64,000 nucleotides of DNA, from assembly GCA_016192135.1 (NCBI GenBank), contig JACPUR010000040.1, positions 3,771 to 67,770 on the forward strand, given 5' to 3'. Below, piece after piece: positions 56,361 through 64,000 of the stretch. The DNA is from Candidatus Tectimicrobiota bacterium. GTDB lineage: Bacteria; UBA8248. A program made the translations under genes and the position numbers. The stretch's first letter is position 1; each line of letters begins with the position of its first letter. The notes beneath the pieces were generated by a model, which did no database searches, was not told where the DNA came from, and saw nothing but the letters and a program-made list of their open reading frames with translations.

Positions 56361-57053
56361 GTGCCCGCGCCCCCAAAGGTTTACTCCTCCTCCGCCGAGG
56401 CCGTGGCGGACATCCCCGACGGCGCCGTCATCCTCCTCGGCGGCTTCGGCGGGGTGGGCGTGCCCGAGAACCTCCTCGCCGCCATGGCGGACCACCCGGC
56501 GCGTGAGCTGACCGTCGTCTCGAACCACGCCGGGTTCGGGGAGCGGGGCCTGGGCCGCCTCCTGCGCCAGGGCAAGGTGCGCAAGATGATCTGCACCTAC
56601 GCCTTCCACAAGAGCGCCTTCATCTTCCGGGAGCTCTACATGGCCGGGAAAATCGAGCTCGAGCAAATCCCCCAAGGCACCCTGGCCGAGCGCCTCAGGG
56701 CCGCCGGGGCGGGCATCCCCGCCTTCTACACCCCCACGGGCGCGGGCACGCTCGCCGCCGAGGGGAAGGAAATCCGCTCCTTCAACGGCCGCGAGGCCCT
56801 GCTGGAGTACGCCCTGCCCGGGGACTTCGCCCTCATCAAGGCCCACACGGCCGACCGGCTGGGGAACCTCGTCTACCGGGGAACGGCCGGGAACTTCAAC
56901 CCCGTCATGGCGGCGGCGGCGCGGGTGGCCATCGCCGAGGTGGAGCGCATCGTGGAGACGGGAGGCATCCCGCCCGAGCAGGTCCACACGCCCTCCGTGT
57001 ACGTGGGCCGCGTCGTCCGGGGAGAGAACCTTGACTTTCGCTCGGAGGCTTGA
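56361..57053 (+). CDS. 3-oxoacid CoA-transferase subunit A (ScoA/AtoD family)
   Basis: CoA_trans subunit A pattern (GGFGGVGVPENLL...); GTG start with GAGGAG RBS. Confidence 0.85.
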   Translation: MPAPPKVYSSSAEAVADIPDGAVILLGGFGGVGVPENLLAAMADHPARELTVVSNHAGFGERGLGRLLRQGKVRKMICTYAFHKSAFIFRELYMAGKIELEQIPQGTLAERLRAAGAGIPAFYTPTGAGTLAAEGKEIRSFNGREALLEYALPGDFALIKAHTADRLGNLVYRGTAGNFNPVMAAAARVAIAEVERIVETGGIPPEQVHTPSVYVGRVVRGENLDFRSEA

Positions 57054-57726
57054 GGCGGCCGCGCTCGGCCCGGACGATATCGCCCGCCGCGTGGCGCGCG
57101 AGGTGCCGGACGGCGCGGTGGTGAACCTGGGGATCGGCATCCCCACCCGGGTGGCGAACTTCGTCCCCCCGGAGCGGGGCATCCTCTTCATGGCCGAGAA
57201 CGGCATCCTGGGCGTGGGGCCCCGGCCGCCCAAGGGCCGGGAGGACCGCGACCTCGTGAACGCCTCACGAGAGCCCATCACCGCGCTGCCGGGCGCGGCC
57301 ATCTTCGGCCACGCGGACTCCTTCGCCATGATCCGGGGCGGCCACGTGGACATCGCCGTGCTGGGCGCGCTCCAGGTTTCGGCCGGGGGCGACCTCGCCA
57401 ACTGGACGGTGCCGGGCGCGGGCAAGGGCGGCATCGGCGGCGCGATGGACCTCGCCACCGGCGCGCGCGCCGTCTACGCCATCATGACCCACCTCACCAA
57501 GGAGGGGGAGCTGAAGCTCCTGGAGGAGTGCACCTATCCCCTCACCGCGCGCCGGGTGGTGACCAAGCTCTTCACCGACATCGCCTTCATCGAGTTCACG
57601 CCCGAGGGGCCCCTCCTCCGGGAAGTGGCGCAGGGCCTCACCGCCGAGGACGTGCAGCGGGCCAGCGCGCCCCGGCTGCGCGTCGCCGAGCCCCTCGGGG
57701 CGCTGGCGCGGGAGGAGGGGCCGTGA
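57031..57726 (+). CDS. 3-oxoacid CoA-transferase subunit B (ScoB/AtoA family)
   Basis: VNLGIGIPT...ENG catalytic Glu region; TTG start per track (alternative downstream start possible). Confidence 0.8.
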   Translation: MTFARRLEAAALGPDDIARRVAREVPDGAVVNLGIGIPTRVANFVPPERGILFMAENGILGVGPRPPKGREDRDLVNASREPITALPGAAIFGHADSFAMIRGGHVDIAVLGALQVSAGGDLANWTVPGAGKGGIGGAMDLATGARAVYAIMTHLTKEGELKLLEECTYPLTARRVVTKLFTDIAFIEFTPEGPLLREVAQGLTAEDVQRASAPRLRVAEPLGALAREEGP

Positions 57727-58949
57727 TCCGCGCCGGCGCCGGGCTCTCGGACCTCGCCGCCTCGGGCGAGGCCGTCCGGCGGGCGGTGGCGGAGGCGGCC
57801 GGGGAGGCGCGGCTGGACCGGGCGGACCTGCTCTTCCTCTTCGTGACGTCGGATCACCTGCCCCAGTTCCCCGAGGTGGCGCGCGCGGCGGCCCAGGCCT
57901 CGGGCGGGGCTCGCATAGTGGGCTGCACCGGCTACGGCGTCCTCACCTCCGAGGGAGAGATCGAGGGCGGCCCCGGCGTCGCCGCCCTCGCCCTGGGCGG
58001 GGACGGCGTCGCGGCCGCGCCCTTCCTCTCGGAGGGGCTGAGCGCCGCCCCGCGCGAGTGCGGCCGGGCCATCGGCCGGCAGGCGCGCGGGACGCTGGGC
58101 GCGAAGCTGGAGGAGGGCTCGCCGCCCCTGGTCATCCTCCTCCCGGACACCTACAACCTCCGCCCGCGCGAGCTCTTCGAGGGCATCCACGAGGGGCTGG
58201 GCCGGCGCGCCGTCATCGTGGGAGGCGGGGCGTCGGAGAACGGCTCGCTCGGCCGCACCTTCCAGTTCCTGGACGGCCGGGTGCACAACAACGCCGTGGC
58301 GGGCGCCGTCCTGGCGGGCGGGCAGGCGCGCTTCATCGGCATCTCCCAGGCCTACCAGCCGGTGGGCGACCCCTGGCTGGTGACCCGGGCGAAGGACAAC
58401 CTCATCTTCGAGATCTCGGGCCGGCCCGCCTTCGAGGTCTTCGCCGAGGCGGCCGGCCCCGAGCTGATGGAGAACCTGCGCGCCGCCGCCTCCCAGGTCT
58501 TCGTCGGGATCCCCGGGGACCCGGACCAGGTCTCCCTCGACCACGGCAACTACATCGTGCGGCCCATCGTGGGGGTGGAGCCGGCCAAGGGCATCCTCGC
58601 CCTGGCCGAGCCCATCCCCGTGGGCCAGGCGATCACCTTCGCCCGGCGGGACGGCGGGCGCGCCCTGGACGACTTCGAGGCCATGCTCCAGAAAGGGGTG
58701 GACCGCTTCGGGCGGGGGAACTTCGACGACGCGGCCGCCTTCGGCCTCTACTTCAACTGCGCCGGGCGGGGCAGCGCCCTCTACGGCTCGCGCGGGGTGG
58801 ACGCCGCCGCCATCCGCCGGGCGATGTTCGGCCTGCCGGTGGCGGGCTTCTTCACCGGGGCCGAGATCGGCCCGATCGGGGGCCACGACCACCTGCACCA
58901 GTTCTCGGGCGTGCTGGTGCTCCTGGGCGAGAACCCGGGGGTGAGATAG
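57723..58949 (+). CDS. FIST-domain sensory protein (FIST_N + FIST_C), standalone
   Basis: GCTGYGVLTSEGEIE and C-terminal FIST_C-like; GTGA overlap with scoB stop. Confidence 0.65.
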   Translation: MIRAGAGLSDLAASGEAVRRAVAEAAGEARLDRADLLFLFVTSDHLPQFPEVARAAAQASGGARIVGCTGYGVLTSEGEIEGGPGVAALALGGDGVAAAPFLSEGLSAAPRECGRAIGRQARGTLGAKLEEGSPPLVILLPDTYNLRPRELFEGIHEGLGRRAVIVGGGASENGSLGRTFQFLDGRVHNNAVAGAVLAGGQARFIGISQAYQPVGDPWLVTRAKDNLIFEISGRPAFEVFAEAAGPELMENLRAAASQVFVGIPGDPDQVSLDHGNYIVRPIVGVEPAKGILALAEPIPVGQAITFARRDGGRALDDFEAMLQKGVDRFGRGNFDDAAAFGLYFNCAGRGSALYGSRGVDAAAIRRAMFGLPVAGFFTGAEIGPIGGHDHLHQFSGVLVLLGENPGVR

Positions 58950-58981
58950 GGTAAAAGGAAGGGATGCGAGACGAAGAATTT

Positions 58982-59098
58982 CCCTCTCCCCTTGGGAGAG
59001 GGGAGGGTGAGGGTGCCTTGCCCGTCCGCTTCCCTCACCCCAGCCCTCTCCCGGAGGGAGAGGGAGCGCCCCGCAGGGGCGGCGGCGGAACGCCCCTG
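58982..59098. repeat. Structured repeat family B copy B3 (58982-59064) followed by REP-like hairpin GCAGGGGCG-gcggcggaa-CGCCCCTGC (59070-59098)
   Basis: CCCTCTCCCCttgGGGAGAGGGG a GGGTGAGGG..CCCTCACCC ..CCCTCTCCCggaGGGAGAGGG. Confidence 0.7.
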
Positions 59099-59156
59099 CT
59101 TATGCATCCGGCGCCGCATCACATTATCCACGATGGGTCATTCACCGGGAGACCTC

Positions 59157-59585
59157 ATGGGCTACAGCACCGGCAACATCATCGTGACGACCGTGCACGT
59201 CCTCTCGGCCATCCTCGCGGTCGGGGGCGTGGCCTTCCTGCGCTTCGTGGCGCTGCCCTTCGCCGAGGGGCTGCCCGGGCAGGAGCGCGCCCGCTTCCAG
59301 GAGACCCTGCGCAGGCGCTTCACCCCGATCCTGCACGGCTCCTTCACCCTGCTTCTCCTGACCGGCATCCACCACATCACCCGCATCATCCGCTCGGGGC
59401 TGGCTTTTTCGCCGGAGCTCATCGCGAAAATTGTCCTCGCCCTCGCCATCATCTTCATCGGGGTGGCCCTCACCCTGCCCTCGGGCATGGAGGGGATGAA
59501 GGCCCGGCGCAAGCAGTGGCTCAGCGTGAACCTCGCCCTCGCGCTGATCGTGGTCTTCCTCGGAATCCTGGTGACGCACCGGTAG
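59157..59585 (+). CDS. Small integral membrane protein (4 TM), function unknown
   Basis: Four hydrophobic helices; GGGAG RBS; directly upstream of ECF sigma gene. Confidence 0.55.
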   Translation: MGYSTGNIIVTTVHVLSAILAVGGVAFLRFVALPFAEGLPGQERARFQETLRRRFTPILHGSFTLLLLTGIHHITRIIRSGLAFSPELIAKIVLALAIIFIGVALTLPSGMEGMKARRKQWLSVNLALALIVVFLGILVTHR

Positions 59586-59594
59586 GGCGCGAAG

Positions 59595-60185
59595 ATGGAA
59601 GATGGGGAGCTCGGCGTGGCCATCCGCGAGAACGGCGGGAGAATCCGCGCCTACATCGCGCGGATGATCGGCGCGGACGATGAGGCGGACGACCTCCTCC
59701 AGGAAACCTTCGCCCGCGCCCTGGCGGCGAAGGATTCGTTCCAGGGCGAATCGAAGATCTCGACCTGGCTCTACTCCATCGCGACCCACGCCTGCCTGGA
59801 TTACCTGAAGAGCGCGCGGCGCCGCCGGGTCGATCTCGTCCCCCCCGAGACGCTCATCCGGGTGACGGCGGACGAGGAGGAATCCCCCCACCTCTCCGCC
59901 GCCCTCCTCATCGACCAAGCCCGGATGGGCGAGTGCGTCCGGGGCCTCATCGGCGAGCTTCCCCCGGACCAGCGCATGGCGCTCCTCCTGCACGACATCG
60001 AGGGAATGAACCTCGCGGGCCTCGCGGATGCTCTCGGCTGTACCGCCGCAACGGCCAAGGTACGGATTCACCGGGCCCGGAAGAGGCTTCGCGCCGTCCT
60101 CGAAGAAAACTGCGCCTTCGGCTGCGACGGCCGGGGCGTCTTCGTCTGCGAGCCCAAATCTCCGGATAAAAAACCTCTCGCCTGA
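59595..60185 (+). CDS. ECF-type RNA polymerase sigma-70 factor with Cys-containing C-terminal extension
   Basis: Region 2 (DLLQETFARALAA...STWLYSIATHACLDYLK) and region 4 (MALLLHDIEGMNLAGLADALGCTAATAKVRIHRARKRL). Confidence 0.85.
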   Translation: MEDGELGVAIRENGGRIRAYIARMIGADDEADDLLQETFARALAAKDSFQGESKISTWLYSIATHACLDYLKSARRRRVDLVPPETLIRVTADEEESPHLSAALLIDQARMGECVRGLIGELPPDQRMALLLHDIEGMNLAGLADALGCTAATAKVRIHRARKRLRAVLEENCAFGCDGRGVFVCEPKSPDKKPLA

Positions 60186-60334
60186 GCCGGCCCTCCGACT
60201 TTCTTACCCTCCGGTGTAACCCATCCTCCCCCTGCCTCGTCTCAGGGAGCGAGGGGGAGCGTTCCCCCAACCGCCCTCCGGGCGGAAGCGAAACCGCCAC
60301 CGGCAAGGTGGCTCAATTCAGCGGGAGGAAGACG

Positions 60335-60598
60335 ATGGATACTCGGACGGAGGAATTGGTCGCTATCGGCGCGGCGGTCACGGCGAACTGCGTGCCCTGC
60401 CTGCGGCACCACCTCGGGAAGGCCCGGGAAGCGGGAGCGGAGGAGCCGGAGATCCGCTCCGCCGTGCGCGTCGGGCGCTTGGTCCGAAAAGGCGCCGCGA
60501 GCGCCTGGGACAAGGAGGCGGCGGCGCTCCTGGGGCCGGCCGAGGCGGCCGCCCCCGCCAGCCAGGGAGAAAACGCCAAAGGCTGCGGCTGCTCCTGA
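60335..60598 (+). CDS. Carboxymuconolactone-decarboxylase/AhpD-like family small protein (CxxC), ends GCGCS
   Basis: AAVTANCVPCLRHH AhpD-core motif; GGGAGG RBS before ATG 60335 (track start GTG 60308 less likely). Confidence 0.6.
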   Translation: MDTRTEELVAIGAAVTANCVPCLRHHLGKAREAGAEEPEIRSAVRVGRLVRKGAASAWDKEAAALLGPAEAAAPASQGENAKGCGCS

Positions 60599-60606
60599 GC
60601 ATCGGC

Positions 60607-60651
60607 AAAGGGACAGGCTCGGGACAGGCTCACGCCCGAGCCTGTCCCTTT
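60607..60651 (+). terminator. 17-bp perfect hairpin built from GGGACAGGCTC x2 direct repeat plus inverted copy
   Basis: aaaGGGACAGGCTCGGGACAGGCTCacGCCCGAGCCTGTCCCttt. Confidence 0.4.
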
Positions 60652-60782
60652 GCATGAACCTGCGCGAAATTGGCGCGATTTGCGGTAAACGGCTTTCCTC
60701 CTCCCGGGCCTATATTGTCACCCGGCGGCGCCGGGCCGCGAGGGGCGGCGCGCCCGGAGGAGGCGTCCCACGGACAAGGGAG

Positions 60783-60858
60783 GGGCGGAAATCACGGGGA
60801 GTTTGGCCGGATTTCCGGCGTTTTCCGGGAAATTACGGGGAATTCCGCCTTTTTTTTA
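60783..60858 (+). terminator. Stem GGCGGAAT...ATTCCGCC enclosing internal hairpins, followed by T8; contains direct repeats GGAAAT(C/T)ACGGGGA
   Basis: T-tract terminator geometry for plus-strand unit; overlaps stop of the convergent glyoxalase gene. Confidence 0.4.
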
Positions 60859-61239
60859 CGGCTTCGCGTCCTGCCACACCCCGAGCGGAGTGCCCTCGGG
60901 GTCGGCGATCATGGCGTAGAAGCCGACTTCCCCGACCGGGGTCTTTCCCATGAGCACCCGCCCGCCCCCCGCCTCGACCCGCCGGAGGGTCTCCTCCAGG
61001 GAACCCACGCTGATGGAGATGTGGACGCCGCCCGGCCCCTGGGGGCTGGGGCGGTAGAAGCCGCCGTTGATGCCGCCCGGGACGGTGGGGAGGCCGCGCG
61101 CGTCGGTCGGGACGGTGGAAATGAGGTGGTAGTCCATCCCCGGCACTTCGTCGATTCGCCAGCCGAAGGCGCCCTCGTAGAAGGGCTTGAGGCGGGCCAT
61201 GTCCCTCGCCGGGAGCTGGAAGTGGTGAACCGGGTCCAT
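60856..61239 (-). CDS. VOC/glyoxalase-family protein
   Basis: Glyoxalase fold pattern (HFQLPARDMARLKPFYEGAFGW...); start at MDPVHH with GGAGG RBS. Confidence 0.7.
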   Translation of the reverse strand: MDPVHHFQLPARDMARLKPFYEGAFGWRIDEVPGMDYHLISTVPTDARGLPTVPGGINGGFYRPSPQGPGGVHISISVGSLEETLRRVEAGGGRVLMGKTPVGEVGFYAMIADPEGTPLGVWQDAKP

Positions 61240-61299
61240 CGAAGGCCTCCAGGGCGGAAAAGAACGGCTGGACGGAAGGCGATTCTCCCATCCGGCCAT

Positions 61300-62550
61300 C
61301 TACAAACCGGTGGGAGCGACCTGTAGTTTTTTCACCCCCTCCTCCAGGGCGTCCAGGGCTTGATCGATCTGCCTCTCGGTGTGGGTGGCCATGAGGGTGG
61401 CCCGCAGGCGGCTCGTGCCCTCGGGGACGGTGGGGGGCCGGATGGCGAGGAGGAAGACCCCCGCCCGGAGCATGTGCTCGGCCAGCTCGACCGCCTTCCG
61501 CGCCTCCCCCACCACGACGGGGAAGATGGGGACTTCCACCCCTTCGGACGGATCGGGCGCGGCGAAGCCGATGCGGCGAAGCCCCGCGCGGAAGCGGGCG
61601 CAGAGGGCCTTGAGGCGGGCGCGGCGGCGGGCGCCCTCCTCCCCGAGCGAGAGCTGGAGCGCGGCCCGGGCGGCGGCCACGGCGGGGGGCGGGAGCGCGG
61701 TCGAGTAGATGTAGGGCCGGGCGCGGTTCACGAGGTAGTCCACGGTCTCCCCGTCCGCCGCGGCGAAGGCGCCGTAGGAGGCGAGGGCCTTGCCGAGGGT
61801 GCCCATCGCGACGCCGACCCTGCGCTGGAGGCCGAAGTGGGCGGCGGCGCCCCGCCCCTCGGGGCCCAGGACGCCGGTGGCGTGAGCCTCGTCCACGATG
61901 AGGAGCGCCCCGTGGGCTTTGGCCAGCTCGGCGAGGGCAGGCAAGGGCGCGAGGTCGCCGTCCATGCTGAAGACCCCGTCCACGGCGATGATCTTCCGGC
62001 GCGCGCCGCGCGCCTCCCGGAGCGCCCTCTCCAGGGCGTCCATGTCGTTGTGGGGGAAGACCCGCGTCCCGGCCCGGCTGAGGCGGCAGCCGTCGATGAT
62101 GCTCGCGTGGTTCAGGGCGTCGCTGAAAACGGCGTCCCCCGGCCCCGCCAGGGCGGAGAGGAGGCCCAGGTTCGCCAGGAAGCCCGAGCCGAAGAGCAGC
62201 GCCGCTTCCTTCTCCTTCAGGGCGGCGAGGGCGGCGGCGAGCGCGGCGTGGGGCTCCATGTGGCCCGAGATGAGTGGGCTCGCGGCGGCCGAGGCGCCCC
62301 AGCGCCGGGCGGCGTCGGCGGCCGCCTGGACGAGGGCCGGGTGGTCGGCCAGCCCGAGGTAGTTGTTGCTGGCGAGGAGGATGACCTCCCGCCCCTCGTG
62401 GCGCACGACGGGGCCCTGCCGGCCGTCCACCGCGCGGAGGCTGCGGCGGTGGCCCCGGGCGGAGAGGGCTTCCAGCTCCTCCCGGAGGGAGGCGCGCCAG
62501 CCGGGCTCGGGGGGGAACGGGAGGGAGCCGGTCTCGCTCATGCCACCCAT
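61300..62550 (-). CDS. bioF: 8-amino-7-oxononanoate synthase
   Basis: PLP Lys region (AMGTLGKALASYGAF), alpha-oxoamine synthase motifs; start at Met 283 or 286 of the track ORF. Confidence 0.85.
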   Translation of the reverse strand: MGGMSETGSLPFPPEPGWRASLREELEALSARGHRRSLRAVDGRQGPVVRHEGREVILLASNNYLGLADHPALVQAAADAARRWGASAAASPLISGHMEPHAALAAALAALKEKEAALLFGSGFLANLGLLSALAGPGDAVFSDALNHASIIDGCRLSRAGTRVFPHNDMDALERALREARGARRKIIAVDGVFSMDGDLAPLPALAELAKAHGALLIVDEAHATGVLGPEGRGAAAHFGLQRRVGVAMGTLGKALASYGAFAAADGETVDYLVNRARPYIYSTALPPPAVAAARAALQLSLGEEGARRRARLKALCARFRAGLRRIGFAAPDPSEGVEVPIFPVVVGEARKAVELAEHMLRAGVFLLAIRPPTVPEGTSRLRATLMATHTERQIDQALDALEEGVKKLQVAPTGL

Positions 62551-62659
62551 TGTAGAAGGGGGGCGAAGGGGCGGAAAGGGGGGCCCCTTGATCGGCCGGG
62601 GAAGCGGGATGGGTAGCGGCGGCGGCGCGGCATGGAAATCCGGAATTGGCGGAAAACGC

Positions 62660-62687
62660 TTGCAAATCAAAGGAACGTTGCTATGAT
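62660..62687 (+). promoter_or_regulatory. Putative sigma70 promoter (-35 TTGCAA, 16 nt, -10 TATGAT) driving the fluoride riboswitch leader
   Basis: Near-consensus hexamers ~8 nt upstream of the aptamer. Confidence 0.5.
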
Positions 62688-62695
62688 GCCGGACT

Positions 62696-62756
62696 CCAAA
62701 GGGGATGGAGTCCCCCTTATAATCGCCCCGTCCGGGCTGATGACTCCTGTCGCCAG
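62696..62756 (+). ncRNA. Fluoride riboswitch aptamer (crcB RNA motif)
   Basis: GGGGAUGGAGUCCCCC...AAUCGCCCC GUCC GGGCUGAUGACUCC: conserved GGnGAUGG...AAnCGCC pseudoknot partners, P3 GCCC/GGGC and invariant CUGAUGA; P1 GGAGUC/GACUCC. Confidence 0.7.
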
Positions 62757-62796
62757 AGAGAAGCTGCGGCAGGGGTCGAAAGTCAGGTGCCGGCTG

Positions 62797-62819
62797 CCCC
62801 GCCGCAAGGCGGGTTTTTT
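62797..62819 (+). terminator. Intrinsic terminator of riboswitch expression platform (CCCCGCC gcaa GGCGGG + T6)
   Basis: Canonical stem-loop plus U-tract 40 nt before the antiporter ATG. Confidence 0.7.
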
Positions 62820-62862
62820 GTTTCGGGCGCTCAGCCCCTTCGCGAAAAAAGGAAATCGCCCC

Positions 62863-64000
62863 ATGCAGGAAATGTTCACCATCTCGGCAATCTGGCTCGC
62901 CCTGGCCGTGATCTCCGCCATCCTCGCCAGCCACGTGCGCATTTCGATGGCGCTGGTGGAAATCTGCGTCGGCGTCGCCGCGGCGGCGGTGGCCGAGCGG
63001 CTCTGGGGCGCCGGCGCCCTGGCGGCCGACCTCGATTGGCTGAAGTACATCGCGTCGGCCGGGGCGGTTCTGCTGACGTTCCTGGCGGGCGCGGAGCTCG
63101 ATCCTTCCACGCTGAAGGTCAAATTGAAGGAAGTGTCCGTCGTCGGCCTGGTCGGTTTTCTCGCTCCTTTCCTGGGCTGCGCGGCCGTGGCCAAGTACGC
63201 CCTGGGATGGAGCACTCCGTCGAGCTGGCTCGCCGGGGTGGCCCTCTCGACGACCTCGATGGCTGTCGTCTACGCGGTGATGCTGGAAACCGGCTTCAAC
63301 AAGACGGAGTTCGGCAAGGGAATCTTGGGGGCTTGCTTCATCAACGACCTGGGGACCGTCATCGCCCTTGGGCTCTTGTTCGCTCCGTTCACGCACCGCA
63401 CTGTCATATTCATCGCGGCCAGCGTCGTTACCATCGCCCTTCTGCCTTTTCTCACATCGAAGCTCACCGAGCTGTACGGGAACAAGACCGCCGCCATCCG
63501 CACCAAATGGATACTTCTGGTTCTCTTCGGCCTGGGGGCTCTGGCGCTATGGGCGGGCAGCGAGGCGGTTCTTCCGGCCTACATCGCGGGCATGGTGCTG
63601 GCCGGAAGCGTCGGCCGCGACGCCTTCTTCATCCGGCGCCTGCGCACCCTGACCATCGGCTTCCTCACGCCGTTCTACTTTATCCGGGCGGGCTCGCTGG
63701 TTTCCCTGACGGCGCTGTCCTCCGCGCCGTTCATCTTCGCGGCTCTCTTGACGGGCAAGGTCCTCTCCAAGATCTTCGGCCTCTACCCCATCATCGGGAT
63801 TTTCCGCCGGGACGGAAAAGAGCGCTGGTACTACACCCTCTTGATGTCCACCGGCCTGACTTTCGGGACGATTTCCGCCCTCTTCGGCCTGGCGCATGGG
63901 ATCGTTTCCCAGGAGCAGTACTCGTATCTGGTGGCCGTGGTCATCGCGAGCGCCGTGATTCCCACGATGATCGCCAACTTCGCCTTCATGCCGCGCCATC
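62863..64000 (+). CDS. Cation:proton antiporter (CPA/Kef-NhaP-type sodium-proton exchanger family), 5' part; runs off window end
   Basis: Multi-TM translation (MQEMFTISAIWLALAVISAILASHVRISMALVEICVGVAAAAV...) without stop to base 64000. Confidence 0.75.
   Translation, partial: MQEMFTISAIWLALAVISAILASHVRISMALVEICVGVAAAAVAERLWGAGALAADLDWLKYIASAGAVLLTFLAGAELDPSTLKVKLKEVSVVGLVGFLAPFLGCAAVAKYALGWSTPSSWLAGVALSTTSMAVVYAVMLETGFNKTEFGKGILGACFINDLGTVIALGLLFAPFTHRTVIFIAASVVTIALLPFLTSKLTELYGNKTAAIRTKWILLVLFGLGALALWAGSEAVLPAYIAGMVLAGSVGRDAFFIRRLRTLTIGFLTPFYFIRAGSLVSLTALSSAPFIFAALLTGKVLSKIFGLYPIIGIFRRDGKERWYYTLLMSTGLTFGTISALFGLAHGIVSQEQYSYLVAVVIASAVIPTMIANFAFMPRH

Noticed and set aside
60308-60334. Track start (GTG 60308, MAQFSGRKT...) for the AhpD-like protein
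   Set aside because: ATG at 60335 has a GGGAGG Shine-Dalgarno 6 nt upstream, whereas 60308 has none; the shorter protein is preferred but the call is not certain

Overview
High-GC (~68-70%) bacterial chromosomal window; lineage cannot be fixed without a database search (complex I proteins look deltaproteobacterial/acidobacterial-like). Bases 1-18.9 kb (minus strand) hold a complete 14-gene NADH:quinone oxidoreductase operon, nuoA-N. It is followed immediately by the start of a second, diverged and reduced nuo gene set, nuoA-B-C-D-H-J..., which lacks nuoE/F/G and nuoI and runs off the window start. The rest is a mixed housekeeping/accessory region: two family-5 ABC substrate-binding proteins (one with two permeases but no ATPase), an MFS transporter, ScpA/ScpB, PanE, RluB, PgsA, an AI-2E transporter, BioF, a PduO-type adenosyltransferase, a tartrate/isopropylmalate-dehydrogenase homolog, two CoA-transferase A/B pairs, and an aromatic/nitrile catabolic gene set. 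The nitrile set has an unusual architecture: a nitrile-hydratase-like alpha subunit with a His-rich tail plus only a beta C-terminal half. An apparently acquired islet at 26.3-30.7 kb contains a divergent XRE/XRE switch over a 35%-GC operator region, an HTH-coupled small SAM methyltransferase, a dienelactone hydrolase, an orphan GIY-YIG-like gene and a gentisate dioxygenase; it is flanked by REP-like palindromes. A fluoride riboswitch (crcB motif) with promoter and intrinsic terminator sits upstream of a cation/proton antiporter at the window end. I found at least three previously unannotated non-coding repeat families: (i) REP-like perfect palindromes GTAGGGGCG-core-CGCCCCTAC (>=11 copies, two clusters); (ii) a ~125-bp MITE-like element with TGTCAT...ATGACA termini (3 copies; one supplies the stop codon of an EVE-domain gene); (iii) a ~110-200 bp three-hairpin element CCCTCTCCC/GGGAGAGGG-GGGTGAGGG/CCCTCACCC (3 copies plus a half copy), including one inside the nuoL-nuoM intergenic gap. 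No rRNA, tRNA, CRISPR array, transposase or integrase was recognised. Many long ORFs in the six-frame track are GC-driven antisense/out-of-frame artefacts and were rejected. Coordinates derived from the ORF track are frame-consistent; positions read directly from the sequence (repeats, promoters, riboswitch) may be off by 1-2 nt.
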